A DNA stretch of 64,000 nucleotides from Chiloscyllium plagiosum (Eukaryota). The position numbers and the translations under genes are program-made. Shown here in pieces: positions 11,901-24,889 of this stretch. The stretch lies in the NCBI RefSeq assembly GCF_004010195.1, contig NC_057728.1, positions 47,287,305-47,351,304 of the forward strand, given 5' to 3'. Numbering within the stretch: position 1 is the first letter of the stretch; the number at the start of each line of letters is the position of its first letter. A model generated the notes under the pieces. It was not told the origin of the DNA and made no database searches. It saw nothing but the letters and a program-made list of their open reading frames with translations.

Positions 11901-13429
11901 ATGGAAGACTCTATGATTATTAACTCTCAAGTCAAAGGGGTTTTGTTTCAGGGACACATATAAGAGCAAAATTGCTGCAAGATGATATGAGTGGGGAGGG
12001 GCAGTTTTAATTGAGTTCCAAGCCAACGTGAATGCAGGACTGGGGTGAAAACTGACAACAAGTTACTTTCAGAAATTCAGAGGGATTAATTCCTGGACGA
12101 TTCCAGTGTGACTCCAAATATTAGGAAATGACCAATGTTAAAGAGTCAACAATGTGAAAAACCTCATGAAACAGATGGATTTGAGGGCAAATATGATAAG
12201 GGTGACAGCAAGAAAATATTGTGTAAGCTACAGAGACTTAAGTCAGTCCTCCAGTATCTTCGTTTTAGATACATTCAATTACGCCCTGCCAGGTAGTGAT
12301 CTATCACAGCAATGTATATCATCGATTGGCTGAACTGGACATTTCGGTGTCCTGGTCAAAACAGACAAAAGTAAGGCCATGTAAATGAAAGTGTTACTTA
12401 CCTTTGATTCAGGGATGATAATCCATTACCATTTTCTCCTCTGAGAAATTGCGTAAACACTGATGTCATCCAAATGACATATCACATAAGAACATGTCTG
12501 AACAGTGTGATTGGAAGTACAAAATATCAGCTCTTGTGGTGCTGTGGTCATATCCCCACTGTGGACTAGGATTTGTGTCCCACCTGCTCTAGAAGTGTAT
12601 TTCAACATTTCTGAACAGGCTGATTTGAAATAATGCTGAGTTCTTAAGGCACAGTGCTATCAAGTCTTGGAAGCAGACCCAGGTGCAGTAATATCAGACT
12701 GCTTTACACTTACATTCACCCACACAATTGATAGGAAAACTATTCCTCCTCCTGGAGTAAGGATTTAGTTTCGAAAGGTCAGAAAATAATAGATTACCTC
12801 AGTGTAAAGATTTTAGATGGAAGTTCCAGACCAGAAGGGGTTGGTTAGAACCTTGAAGGACTTACTTGAAGTTGAGAAAGTCTAAGGTCAATTGTGTGAC
12901 CAATCAAGAAAAAGGCCCTCTAACTCTCAAGACTGGGAATTGGAAGAAACAGATAAGTCAAACCGGTAGATGTAATAGAGAAGACAACTCTCCCCAGTGT
13001 TTGAATTGCAAAGTGATGTTGTAAAGATAGATGGGATTATATTGTTATCACATGCTTTGAAATCTTTCAGACTATGTTATGTATTAAGTGGCTTTGTATA
13101 TTCTATTTTGTCTTCATTTTTTTTTGCATAAAAAATGCTCTATTATTAAAACCAACCTGCAACATTGCATAATTGTGTTTCATTGAAAGATCTTCGCATT
13201 AAATTTTTAAAAAGGATTTATCAAACCAGATTTCAGTAGTAACATCAGCTGGGACCATAACAGTACTTTACTATAAATTTACAATAAAACATCCACAAAT
13301 CTCTGAAAATCTTTTGCTGACTCATTTGACAAATGGATCTTGGTGTATAAAACACTGACATGGCTGAGGAACTGAAGTAGAATCAAGGCTTAAAGAAGTA
13401 AATTGTCCCTAAAATCTCATAATTACAGA

Positions 13430-13870
13430 AAGAGTCATGGAGTCCTACAGCACAGAGACAGGCCCTTTGGCCCAAAGTGACCTATGCCTATGACCAAAAT
13501 ATCTGTCCATGCTAACTACATTTCCCTGCACTTTACCCATATCCTTCTAATCCTTACCTATCCATGTATTTGTCCAAATGCTTTTTAAATGTTGTTAATG
13601 TACCTGCCTCAACTACTTCTGACAGCAACTCATTCCATATGAATACCACGCTCTGTGTAAAAAGGTTGCCTCTCTGTTTCCCTTTTATTCTTTCCCCTCT
13701 AACCTCAAACTGGTGTCCTCTATCCTTGATCCCCAACCCTGGGAAAAAGACTGAGTGCATTCACTCTATCCATGTCTCTCATAATCTCATATATCTCTAT
13801 AAGGTTCCCCCTCAGTCTCCTACGCTCTAAAGAAAAACGTCCAAGCTTGTCCAAACTCTCCCTACAACTC
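13430..13870 (-). mobile_element. CR1 LINE 3' fragment
   Basis: RGHQFEVRGERIKG..FTQSVVFIWNEL and a CR1 3' UTR. Confidence 0.85.
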
Positions 13871-15788
13871 AGATTGATTATAATCAATGCACTTCTTTCA
13901 TATTCATCTGAAATATATTCTTTTAATGTAGAAAATTTAAATCACTCTATTAAAACAGGTTAATGCCTCACCCTAGCTAAAACAGCACAGAGAGAGATTT
14001 TTGACAAATGTGTTAACTATTTGTCAGTATTACCTGGCATGTTTTCATTGTTGTCTATTCAAGCATTTACACTGAATCAAAAAAACGACCAAGCAGACAC
14101 ATTACTTTCCAGAAAGTACTATGATCGCCTGAGTTTCCAATTTGAAACTATCAGATTGGCAATACGAGATATGCCTCACCTCATGTTTCTTCTAATGTCA
14201 GTCAGTCAGTCACATAAAAGGCAGGCAGGCAATCAGAAAGTGTCCACCTTACACTGGGCAAAGTTGCAAGATCTGATATCTTCGAACATCATTGAAGAAA
14301 AGAGGACATTTTACCTCAGGTCACATTTACAGCATGGGGACTCAAAGGACTGGCATCCTCAAATAAGAGAGAAGTCCACAATACTAGGGAGTAGATTCTG
14401 CAGTCTGCTTTACCAGGGTCTACACCATGGGGCATAGATTTACAAAAACTTCAACAGTCATATACATAGCAATTTGATGCGTAGATTTAGTGTTCTGGCG
14501 GCAATAGTTGGTGTCATAAATTTATAATGCTGTACGTCACCCTTTAATAAAAAAAAGCAGCTAAGTATAGATGAATCAATGAGTGCGGCAGTGGTTGCCA
14601 TATCAACTGGGAAATAAACTGAAAGGTCATTACTTAGCAGTAAGATGCGACTGGGTAGAATAGATGCTAAAGTATACACTGTGCAGCTGCAATGTATTTA
14701 AGTGTTAATATTTGCCTGCAAAGCTTGAGCATGGCAAACTCTCAAGAAACTGTCATTGCAGAAAACAGCCTGAAGGTATCTAATGATAAACAAATGGAGG
14801 AGCATTCAAGTATAACAGCCATTGGGCTCTTTGGAAGGGCGACAGCATTATGTTGGCTGAGTATCGAGTCGTCATTGCGTTTGTGACTTATTCAAATTGA
14901 TGTTATTATATTGCAATGACATAAAGCTTACTTTCACAATTTGAAGTATTCAAATATTGGCTGAATAAGCATGTTGCCTTTTCTTTTAAATTTTAGCATA
15001 TGTCTCCTTCCAGAAGGCCAGGAATGGATGCTTACACTAAAGACTGGTTCAATGTCTATTCTACACCCACAAAACCCACTTCCCCTCCACCATCCCACTA
15101 ACATTTTACTTTCTCATTTAGCAATTAAAAAGACAGTAGGCAGCATCTGTGCAGTCCCTGAACAACGTGAGCAATGGCAAGAATAGAAAAATGAAATTCT
15201 GAACATCAAGGAAGAAGGTTTGGTTTTCCATTCAAGGTTTTAATGAAGAGATGAGAATCACACTCATAAGTGGCGAGACGCCTACTGACGTCGCATTACT
15301 ACCTAATCTCACCTCATTTATAAAGAGCTTGCTAGTCACCATGCAGTGGAATCTACACAGCATCAATTGCCGAGAGGGTACCTGGCAGCCCCAGCTTGTT
15401 GCTTGCTCGCCCAGGCCTCCATCTTGGTCAGTATTTCCCAATATTCCAGGTATCCTCCATGGGTGGGACCATATGTATTCTTCAGCTATGGATATCAAAC
15501 AAGCATCTGCCTCACCATCTTGGCACAACTCCAATCCACTTGTAATAGAGTTCACCTTTTCATTCCACTGTAGAGTGCACCAAAGCATTTCAGCATGCTG
15601 TTGCTGTTAGCCACTTTGCTCACAGGGACAAGGCACCAACCCCATGCATTGAAAGAGGATGCATCTCAGAGCTCTTAGCTTGTTGTCTTCATGCTCATTC
15701 ACCGACTTGAATGCTCAAAGCATCCCTGCCTTCCTTTGACTTTTTGCACATTCCCACCTCATTAAAAATGAACTGTCACCTTAGTATT

Positions 15789-17618
15789 TATCGAGAGTAT
15801 GTTGCTGGAAAAGCACAGCAGATCAGCAGCAGGCGAGGAGCAGGAGAATTGATGTTTCGAGCTAGAGCCCTTCATCAGGAATGAGGCTGGGAGCATCAGG
15901 GGTGGAGAAATAAATGGAAGAGGTGGAGGGTCTGGGGGGAAGGTAGCTGAGAGTGCAATAGGTGGATGGAGGTGGGGGTAAAGGTGATAGGTCAGAGAGG
16001 AGAGTGGAGCGGATAGGTGGGAAGGAAGATTGACAGGTGGGACAGGTCATGAGGGCGGTGCTGAACTGGAAGGTTGGAACTGCGGTAAGGTGAGGTAGGG
16101 AAAGTGAGGAAAGTGGTGAAGTCTACATTGATGCCCTGGGGTCGAAGGGTCCTGAGGTGGAAAATGAGTCATCAAGTAGTGAGGGAATGATGATTGAGGA
16201 GATCCAGGACCTGCATGTCCTCAGCAGAGTGGGAAGGGGAGTTGAAATATTCATCCATGGGCGTTGGGGTTGATTGGTGCAGGTGTCCCGGGGAAGTTCC
16301 CTAAAGTGCTCTGCGAGAAGGTGTCCAGTCTCCTCAATATAGAGGAGACCGCATCGGGAGCAACGGATACAATAAATGATATATGTGGAAGCACAGGTGA
16401 AGCTTTGATGGATGTGGAAGGCACCTTTGGGGCCTTGGATGGAGGTGAGGGGGAGGTGTGGACTCAAGTTTTGCTATTTCTGCGGTGGCAGGAAAAGGTG
16501 CCAGGAGGGGAGGATGGTTTGTTAGGAGGCATGGACCAGACCAGGTAGTCATGGAGGGAACAGTCTTTGCGGAAAGCAGAAAGGGTTGGGGAGGGAAACA
16601 TATGCCTGGTGGTGGGGTCCATTTGTAGGTGGCGGAAATGTCAGCAGATGATGCGATTTATGTGGAGGTTGGTGGGGTGGAAGGTAAGGACTAGGGGTGT
16701 TCTGTCCTTGTTGAGGTTGGAGAGGTGGGGTTCAAGGGCAGAGTTGTGGGACGTGGATGAGATGCATTGGAGGGCATCTTCAACCACGTGGGAGGGGAAA
16801 TTTCAGTCTTTAAAGAAGGAGGCCATCTGGTGTGTTCTGTGGTGGAATTGGTCCTCCTGGGAGCAGATGTGGTGGAGGCGGAGGAATTGGGAATAAGGGA
16901 TAGCATTTTTGCAGAGGTATGTTCCAGCTCCATCCACAAGGACTGACTCAACACTGACATTTTTTACAAAACCACCGACTCCCACACCTCCACACACCCC
17001 ACCTCCTGCAAAAATGCTATCCCATCTGCTCCCAGAAGGACCAGTTCCTCTACATTGAGGAGACTGGACACCTTCTCACAGAGCGCTTTAGGGAACATCT
17101 CCTGACCAATCACCCACAATGCCCCATGGCCAAACAGTTCAACTACCCCTCCCACTCTGCCGAGGACATGCAGGTTCTGGGTCTCCTCTATCACCACTCC
17201 CTCACCACCCGATGCCTGGAGGAAGAACGTCTCGGGATCTTTCAAAACCAGGGCATCAATGTGGGCTTCACCACTTCCCTCATTTCCCCTCTCCGAACCT
17301 TACCCCAGTTCCAATCTTCCAGCTCAGCACCGTCCTCATGACCTGTCCCACCTGTCAATCTTCTTTCCCACCTATCCGCTCCACCTTCCTATCACCTTCA
17401 CCCCCACCTCCATCCACCTATTGCACACTTAGCCACCTTCTCTCCATCCCCCACCCTCTCCCATTTATCTCTCCACCCCCGAGGCTCCCCGCCTCATTCC
17501 TGATGAAGGGCTCTGGCCTGGTCGATTCTCCTGCTCCTCGCATGCTGCCTGACCTGCTATGTTTTTCCAGCAACACACTCTCGACTTTGATGTCCAGCAT
17601 CTGCAGATCTCACTTTAT
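15789..17618. mobile_element. Penelope-like (Neptune-type) retroelement remnant as an inverted pair: RT C-terminus plus GIY-YIG on - (about 15790-16920) and a deleted copy on + (about 16920-17618)
   Basis: NAIPYSQFLRLHHICS (RT thumb), decayed Cys linker, FTCASTYIIYCIRCSRCGLLYIEETG (GIY-YIG). Family-A termini at both ends, 9-bp TSD cttagtatt at 15780-15788 and 17619-17627. Confidence 0.88.
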
Positions 17619-18591
17619 CTTAGTATTCACATCACTCCTTGCTTTTAAGCATACACAGACAGCTTGTCATGGTTTCCAGCAATGGTCAGTCAAGGTGTTT
17701 GACATCACCATGCTATGTCAGTCTCATGCCTGCAGCATGTACCAGCACCTTACATGGCAAGCGCACAGAAAACAAACAACTTTGTTTCAAAGTCTAAGGG
17801 GAGCAGTCCACAGCCAAGTCCAGCTGACTGTTGTCCATCAGAGGGTCCCACTGCAGCCAGTCAAGAGCATTGTCTGAAACCAGCACAGAAGCTTGAACAT
17901 ATTCAATCAGCTGCTCGGGATGTTTATGGTTAGAGGATCTGTATCACTGCAGTTGCTGGAGTGGGTCAGGGGCAATCCTCAGGTCCAGTGCATCAGGTTT
18001 GGTGTTAAGTCAGCCCACGTGCTGCACAGAGACCAGTCAGGGCACCAGTCAGTCATCAGTGCAGACTGTCGTTCCAAGTCAGTCAGGGATGGACCACAGT
18101 CAGTCCTCATGTTCTGTATGAGGAGGCTTATCAGGCGCCACTGCTGTGGTGTAAGAAGTTAAAATTGTGGGAATTGGAAGCCACATGCTGGATACAAAGA
18201 GGACAGTAACGATGAAGGGGTGCAATATCAAAATACAAGGTGGGAGATAACAATGCATTGGAGGACATGGATTACATCATGTGTATAAGGGGTTTGGAGG
18301 GTAATTAGCAATAGTCACCACCACATTGGCTTCAACATGGGACAGGGCTTCAGGATGACTCACATGTAGGCCTAGGACTCAGGAGTAATGTGGGGAGATA
18401 TGAAGATTTAAATGAAAGAATAGGGTGAGAACATGGGGAAGCTCAGAATTGATGGGGTTGACAGGAGTGCAAGGAAGAAAGCAACATAAACATTTGGGTG
18501 GGGTGGAGGTGTCACAGAGATGATCACGTTGAGACTGTGACTTAATCTGCAAAATGCTTCCTGTGTTGCCTTTCACCCTCATCTAAACTGC

Positions 18592-18800
18592 AAAGTCAAA
18601 AACCTCATTACATCGGATTATGGTCCGGCAGGTTTATTTGAAGCCACAAGCTTTTGGAGTCCCGCTTCTTCTTCAGCTGCCCAAAGGAGGGGTGGGGCTG
18701 CGAGAGTTTGTGGCTTCATATTAACTTGTGGGACTACAGTCCAGTGCAGTGTGATTTTTGACTTTGTCCACCCCAGTCAAACACCAGCACTTCCATATCA
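18592..18800. mobile_element. PLE fold-back element, family B, old and diverged
   Basis: Degenerate inverted arms plus tail ctttgtccaccccagtcaaacaccagcac. Confidence 0.7.
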
Positions 18801-19619
18801 TGGGGATAACACAATGGAGATGAAAAATGACTACCACCTCGTCCAGACTGAGATTGAGTATTTCTTTTCTGTCCAAGGACAGGGCTATACTTGTCAACAA
18901 TGGGAGGCCCATTAGTTGCATTAATTAGCCACTTACATGGTACAGGTTAAGCAGAGGATTCTTCATGTGAAATACTTGCTGTGACCTATTGTATTAAATA
19001 AAAATCCTGGTCACAAGCAATCTTGACTATGTCATTGGTCAATACAGATTGATGACAGTCATCTCTATGAAGCAGAGGTAATCAAAGATGACTCAAAAGG
19101 TCTTGCCTGTAGGCTCCAATTCATAAAGGCAATCCAAAATCCATAGACTATTCAAGGGCATATGGCTGATTTCCTTTCACTTTGAACAATTCGTAATATT
19201 CGTAAAGTGCAAGAGCACACAGGTTGGGGTGGGGTGCTGTGAATGTTTCAGCAGTCAGACCCTACTTACAATCTCCTACTGTGTTTGCGCTACATGATTT
19301 GTGCTGCAGACATCAAAATAAGGGCCTACTGTGTCAAAGGTCCACAGACTCACTGGAGTCCTCCATGCCCAATGTATGGAAAACTACACTAAACTATCAT
19401 GATGCATTTAATGTGAATGCCAAATGCTCATTATATTAAGAGTTGTTTTGTTTCTGACATTCCCATATTATTTGCCAAATGAAACCGTGAATCAGTGCAG
19501 CAGCAGTTTATGTGGCTGCTGTGCACAGAGAAATGGAGGACAATCAGAAAGCCAGCCGCAATCTCCAGTGGCTACTGAGCACGTGGAGAGGCTGCAGTGA
19601 AAGGCTCCCTCAGGACGAG

Positions 19620-19830
19620 ATGCGAAAGACATACAGGAGGCCCAGAGTCTGTCATTCAGGTGAGCGAGGCGGTTTGCCAGCATTGAATGACAATGTCCCA
19701 AAACACTGTCACAGAACTGTGTCATTGGGTGGAGCAAATTGAAAGGGTGGGTGACCATCCTATCCCAGGGGCTGTCACTAAGGTTACAGCTGTGCTAAAC
19801 ATTTATGCAATTGGCTGTCTCTTGAGGATC
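19620..19830 (+). mobile_element. Harbinger/PIF (HARBI1-like) transposase N-terminal relic
   Basis: RRPRV...MSQNTVTELCH...GDHPIPGAVTKVTAVLNIYAIG resembles the Harbinger motif P..KV.AAL.FYASGSFQ. Confidence 0.5.
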
Positions 19831-20482
19831 CACTGGGGACGTGTATGGAATCTGTCAATCCTCAATCCATAAATGTATCGAGACTCTGGTGGCATGGAAA
19901 AGGGGTCAGGTCTAATGGCAGGGAAGGGAAAGCGGGACCCAGAGTGGGGCAGGTGGGTTGGGTCCAGTGGAGGGGGCAGGGATGTTAGGTCACAAGTATG
20001 GGAATGGGTGTCAGGTCTTAGTAATTGACAAGAGAAGGGTGTTGGATTTGGTGGTGGGTGTCGATGCACTGGGAGTTCGGGGGTTGTGAAGGAATGAGGT
20101 AAGGTCAGGGGCTATGTCTGGATGAGGTATAGTTGAGGGTATGTGGTTATTTGGGGGTTAGTTTGACAGTTACCCAGGAGTTACATGAAATTTGTAATAA
20201 TCTAACAAATGGCTGCTTTTGGAGGGTGCCAGGCAAAGGAGAATTGGCAAACAGAATCTTCAATTTGCCGGCAATATCTTCGGAGTCTGCTACAATGCAA
20301 TTCCCACTGGGTCTGTGTGTCACCCTCACATCTACTCTGCAAAAATGATAATCCAGTCATCGGAAATCCAGGCTCACTTCCCAAAGTAGTGCCATCTGTG
20401 CAACATAAGTGCCTTAAGAAGCTGTTCTTCATCATTTCTTCTCCAAGTTTACTGTGAATGGTAATTCCTGGCTATACGTTTT

Positions 20483-20805
20483 TTCATTCATTCACCGGGC
20501 ATAGGCATCCCTGGCCAGGACAGTATTTATTGCCCATTCCTAATCTCCCAGAGGGTAGTTAAGAATCAACCACATTGCTGTGGATCTGGAGTCACATTGT
20601 AGTCCAGACTAGGTGAGGATGGCAGATTTCCTTTCCTACAGGACATTAGTGAAGCAGTCAAACAATTGACAGTGTTTGCACGGTTGACATGAGGCTAGCT
20701 TTTTATTCCCGATTTTTATTGAAAATCTGCCACGCAGGGATTTGAACCCATGTCCCAAGAACATTAAGCTGGGTAACCTAGCCCAGTGGCATTTCCAATG
20801 CGCAA
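20483..20805 (-). mobile_element. SINE-like element with tRNA-like head and LINE-derived 3' end, (gaat)n tail
   Basis: The head resembles 30752-31010 and the 3' end resembles the end of the 24890-26425 LINE. Confidence 0.6.
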
Positions 20806-21629
20806 CTGCGCCCCATCCCCAACCCCCTCCATTGGACCTGGTACATGGCCAGGCTTTAAATATAGCACCAGCAGCACAAAGCCTAGAGTAGCTTTGCCGC
20901 TGGTGCGTGTTCAATGGCGTGAACATGACGCAGTTAGGGCATGATGCGTGCGAAATGAATTGTGATAACCCACTGAAGCTTACTGACTGAAACCCTCCTT
21001 GAAACTCACTGAAATTGACACTTCATCAATTTTTGGTAAAATTCAGCCCAGTGTGTACAAAATGTTTTACGGTCACTGAAGCATCTGACAACTGACTGCT
21101 GTTGTTGCGTAATTAATCAACGAATTTACTGTTGTGCTGAAATTTGCATAGTGCTTAAATGTTATTATCAGGGCTTCCATCCCACACATCCTGCAATATT
21201 AACACTGAGTAGTATAGTCAATTTGCTGTTAGAGCATTTTGATGCCAATGTCGTTGATATCAGTGCATCACAGTTACAAAGACTATCAGGAAACACTCCT
21301 GTCTGGTGTACTCCATTATATATGAACATGTTGCCTGCATTTCTATTTGATAAAAGACAAGGCAAATGGCATTTGTTGGATTTCTTCACTGATTTCACAT
21401 AAGTGTTGACATTTTGAAATATGAAAAGTGAGCCATTCTGATGTTATTTCCACCTTTACAGGACTCACCCTTATGTGCGAATACATACAAACATACGAAT
21501 TAGAAGGAGACGTAGGCAACTTGGCCTCATAAATCCAATCTGCCATTCAATAAGATCATAATTGATCTGACTGTTCCACATTCCTGCTCTCTCACTGATA
21601 ACCTTTCACCCGTCTATTATCAAGAATCT

Positions 21630-21980
21630 GGTTAAAAATCACACAACACCAGGTTATAGTCCAACAGATTTATTTGGAAGCACTAGCTTTCGCAGCTCTG
21701 CTCTTTCATCAGGTAGCTAGTGGGGCAGGATCATAAGACACAGAACTTACATCAAAAGATCATAGTTTCATGCAACTTATATGATACAGCGTATCGGTTG
21801 GATAACGCTATGATCCTGTGCTATAAATTCTGTCTCTTATGATCCTGCCCCACCTAGCTACCTAATGAAGGAGCAGCACTCCAAAAGCTAGTGCTTCCAA
21901 ATAAACCTGTTGGACTGTAACCTGGTGTTGTGTGATTTTTAACTTTGTCCACCCCAGTCCAACACCGGCAGCTCCTCATC
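21630..21980. mobile_element. PLE fold-back element, family B, long arms
   Basis: Arms about 21631-21775 vs 21808-21943, tail 21944-21980, a degenerate hammerhead in each arm, and a degenerate TSD (atcaagaatct / attaaaaatct). Confidence 0.85.
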
Positions 21981-22134
21981 ATTAAAAATCTTTCACCATG
22001 TCTTGAGGAAGATGAGGTGCAAGGGCTTTCCTCAGTGAGGTGAGGAAAGAATTTCTCCTTGCCTTTGTCTTAAATGGATGACCCCTGATTTTTGGGTCAT
22101 GCATTCCCTTGTGCCTTGTGCTGGGGCACTGAAT

Positions 22135-22765
22135 CATAAAGTCAGAAATAGACTTTTCAGTCCAAACAATCCATGCCAACCATAGTCCAAATCTAAACTA
22201 GTCCCACCTGTCGTACTTGGCCCATATCCCTCCAAATATTTCTTATCCATTTACTTGCCTAAATTTCTTTTAAACATTGTAACTGTACTCACATCCCCCA
22301 CTTCCTCCGGAAGTTCATTCCTATACACACCACACTCTATGTGAAAAAGCTGCCCCTCGGGTCCCATTTAAATCTCTCTCCTCTTACCTTAAGCCTATAC
22401 CCTCTAGTTTTGGACTCCCCTAACCTGGGGGAAAGACATATGCTATTCACCTTATCCATGCCCCTCATGATTTTATAAACTTCTATAAGGTCACCCCTTA
22501 GCCTCCAACGGTCCATGTCGAAAAAGCCTATCCAGCCTCTCATTGTAACTCAAACCCTCCAGTCTCAGTAACTACTTTGTAAACCTTTTCTGTACCCTTT
22601 CCAGTTTAATAACATCCTTCTTGCAGTAGGGTGACCTGAATTGTATGCAGTACTCCAGATGTGGCCTCATCAGCGCCCTGTACAAACATAATATGACATC
22701 CCAACTTCTGTACTCAATGCTCTGACTGATGAAGGTAAGTGTGCCAAACACCTTCTTCACCATCT
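22135..22765 (-). mobile_element. CR1 LINE 3' fragment
   Basis: ALMRPHLEYCIQFRSP and RLRGDLIEVYKIMRG. Confidence 0.9.
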
Positions 22766-24889
22766 TCTGTGACTCTTTGTAAGAACTATCTAATTAATCC
22801 AACTGCTCCAACATTTTCCCCTTAGTCCTCCAACTTTTCTTCAATTATCAAAGGTTCCAATGCCAGGTTCAAAACGTTCAGTGTTCTCCGCATCTGCTCC
22901 ATTCATCTCTAACACTTGCAAAATTATGTGACGCACGTTGCAGTACAGTTACACATGGGAAAGTAGTTTCATAACACAATATCATCAACTTGAATTTGCA
23001 TTTATATAGCAGTTTTACAATAATAAGATATCTCAAGGTACATTCTCAGGAGTATTATGAAACAAAATTTGGCACAATACCCATAGAAGGCAATATCAGG
23101 GCCAAGTATAAAAAGCCTGGTCAAAAAACATAGGCTTTAGGCAGTGTCTAAAAGGAAGAAAAAGGAAAAGAGGTGTAAATTTTTGGGGAGAGAATTTCAA
23201 AACCTTAAATTGTAAGCAGTTGCAGGCATCATCACAACTGGTGTCATGATAAACATCAGGGGCAAAGAAGCAAGAGTTAGATGATTAATCTTAAAATGTG
23301 AGCCACGGATAGTGAGTCTATACATTGTTCATTAATGGGGAGGAATAGCATGATTCTCCTCTGTTTCTAACATCTCAAATTTGCATTTTCCATTTTCTAA
23401 GTGGTTCACTGAACAGTGATCAAGTCTTGGGCCACAGGAGACAGAGGCCAACAACAGCAGCTCCCCACCTTTTCCCATAACCTGTTCAGCACAGGACAAG
23501 GATGAATCCAAGTTCATGGTTTGCAACCCTCAGCACCAAGTACTCCCTTCCAAAACTCAGAAAAGAGATTGCACAAGAATTTTCTCATCAACAATTTGAA
23601 GACAATTGTTAACTTAGCTTTTGATAATTTACACCTCAACTCTTCTACCCTCCAGTGATGTTCCCATTTAAAGCTTTTAAACAGAAAACATTTTTTAAAC
23701 ATCACATTATAATGAACATAGCACTACTCACAAATGAATCAGTTGTTTTGACTCCTATATAAAATGTCAAACAACTCCACCACTCCAAATTTAACCCAAT
23801 TTTTAAAAAATGTTCAGCACTCATTTGGATAATAAATTCTAATGATAAAACTGAAGCAATAACACCCAGCCTTGGCTGATGCTTGTATTGATGTTTATTA
23901 AATGACAATCTATCCATTCCTTCCACTGAAAATGTCACTCCATTACCGTTCTTATTACCTAATTAGGACAGCGCTAGTTCTTAGAGTCCCTGCGTTAGCG
24001 TTCTTCAATTAAAATATCTGCTGTTCACTTTTCAATGAGTGGGATTAATTGATTTGCAACTCCCTAAATGTTAATACAAACACTGTTTAGAGTTTGACAA
24101 ACAATTTATAAGGTGTACATGGAAATGTTATTCTGATCAGAGACATCATGGAACACATCAAGAATATGTTCATAAATAAACTGCCTTTCCACAAGGTACA
24201 AGCAGAATTAATGGCTTCAAGTGCCACAGATGAGCCAAAAGGTGACTGCTTAATTTTGGCACCAGGTATATTAATGACTGTTTGTGCTGGCAACGCATCA
24301 CAAATATTTTCACTGAACATTTCTTTCAATCATCAATAAATAGTTTTGAATGTTTGTCCACTCATATGAACAGCTGCAAGGCTGCTGTCCAGTTCTGTAC
24401 TAGCCCTTCCTCTTTTATGATGCTGAAACAGCTAACTGACAGGAATCACAATCAGTGTTCAGTAGAGGCTATGATGAGAACTTTAAGGTTAAGTATTAAT
24501 AAAGAGAAGTCAATATATCCCCTTGTATCCCACAAAAATCAACACTGCAGACAAAGGCCTACTTCCATGGACCCTATCTCAATAGATCACCAGAGTCAGC
24601 CATATTGTTAGTTTTATTGTACCTGAGCACCTGCATATCCTGCTTTGTCACACGGCTTCAGGTGAAATAGGAGTTCACCATCAGAACAAATTCAGATTCA
24701 AACCTTTTCTCGTGCATGCTAACATTTCAAACTCAAATAGTTAAGTGTTTTCAGCACTTGTCTCAGGACCAAGATTCATACTTCCGCAGTTGCCCCTCAG
24801 CCTGTGCCATGTATCTCTTCTGCTCTTACCACTTAACCCCTCAGCTTTCCCAAGGGAATTTTCATTCCATTAGGAATTATGCTGCAGTG

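Larger units (their letters stand above)
10600..12425 (+). mobile_element. Decayed Copia-like (GalEa-type?) LTR retrotransposon gag/protease relic, interrupted by PLE insertions
   Basis: PBS, gag-like FSELNPYEQWRNEAEIWT..KKQKGMSLVLFL..RSKIMNKLF and PEFVLAFKLLD, and a faint protease-like remnant near 12270-12425. Confidence 0.5.

Noticed and set aside
17119..17877. 252-aa ORF
   Set aside because: Off-frame read-through of the PLE 3' region into flanking DNA, with no recognisable domain.
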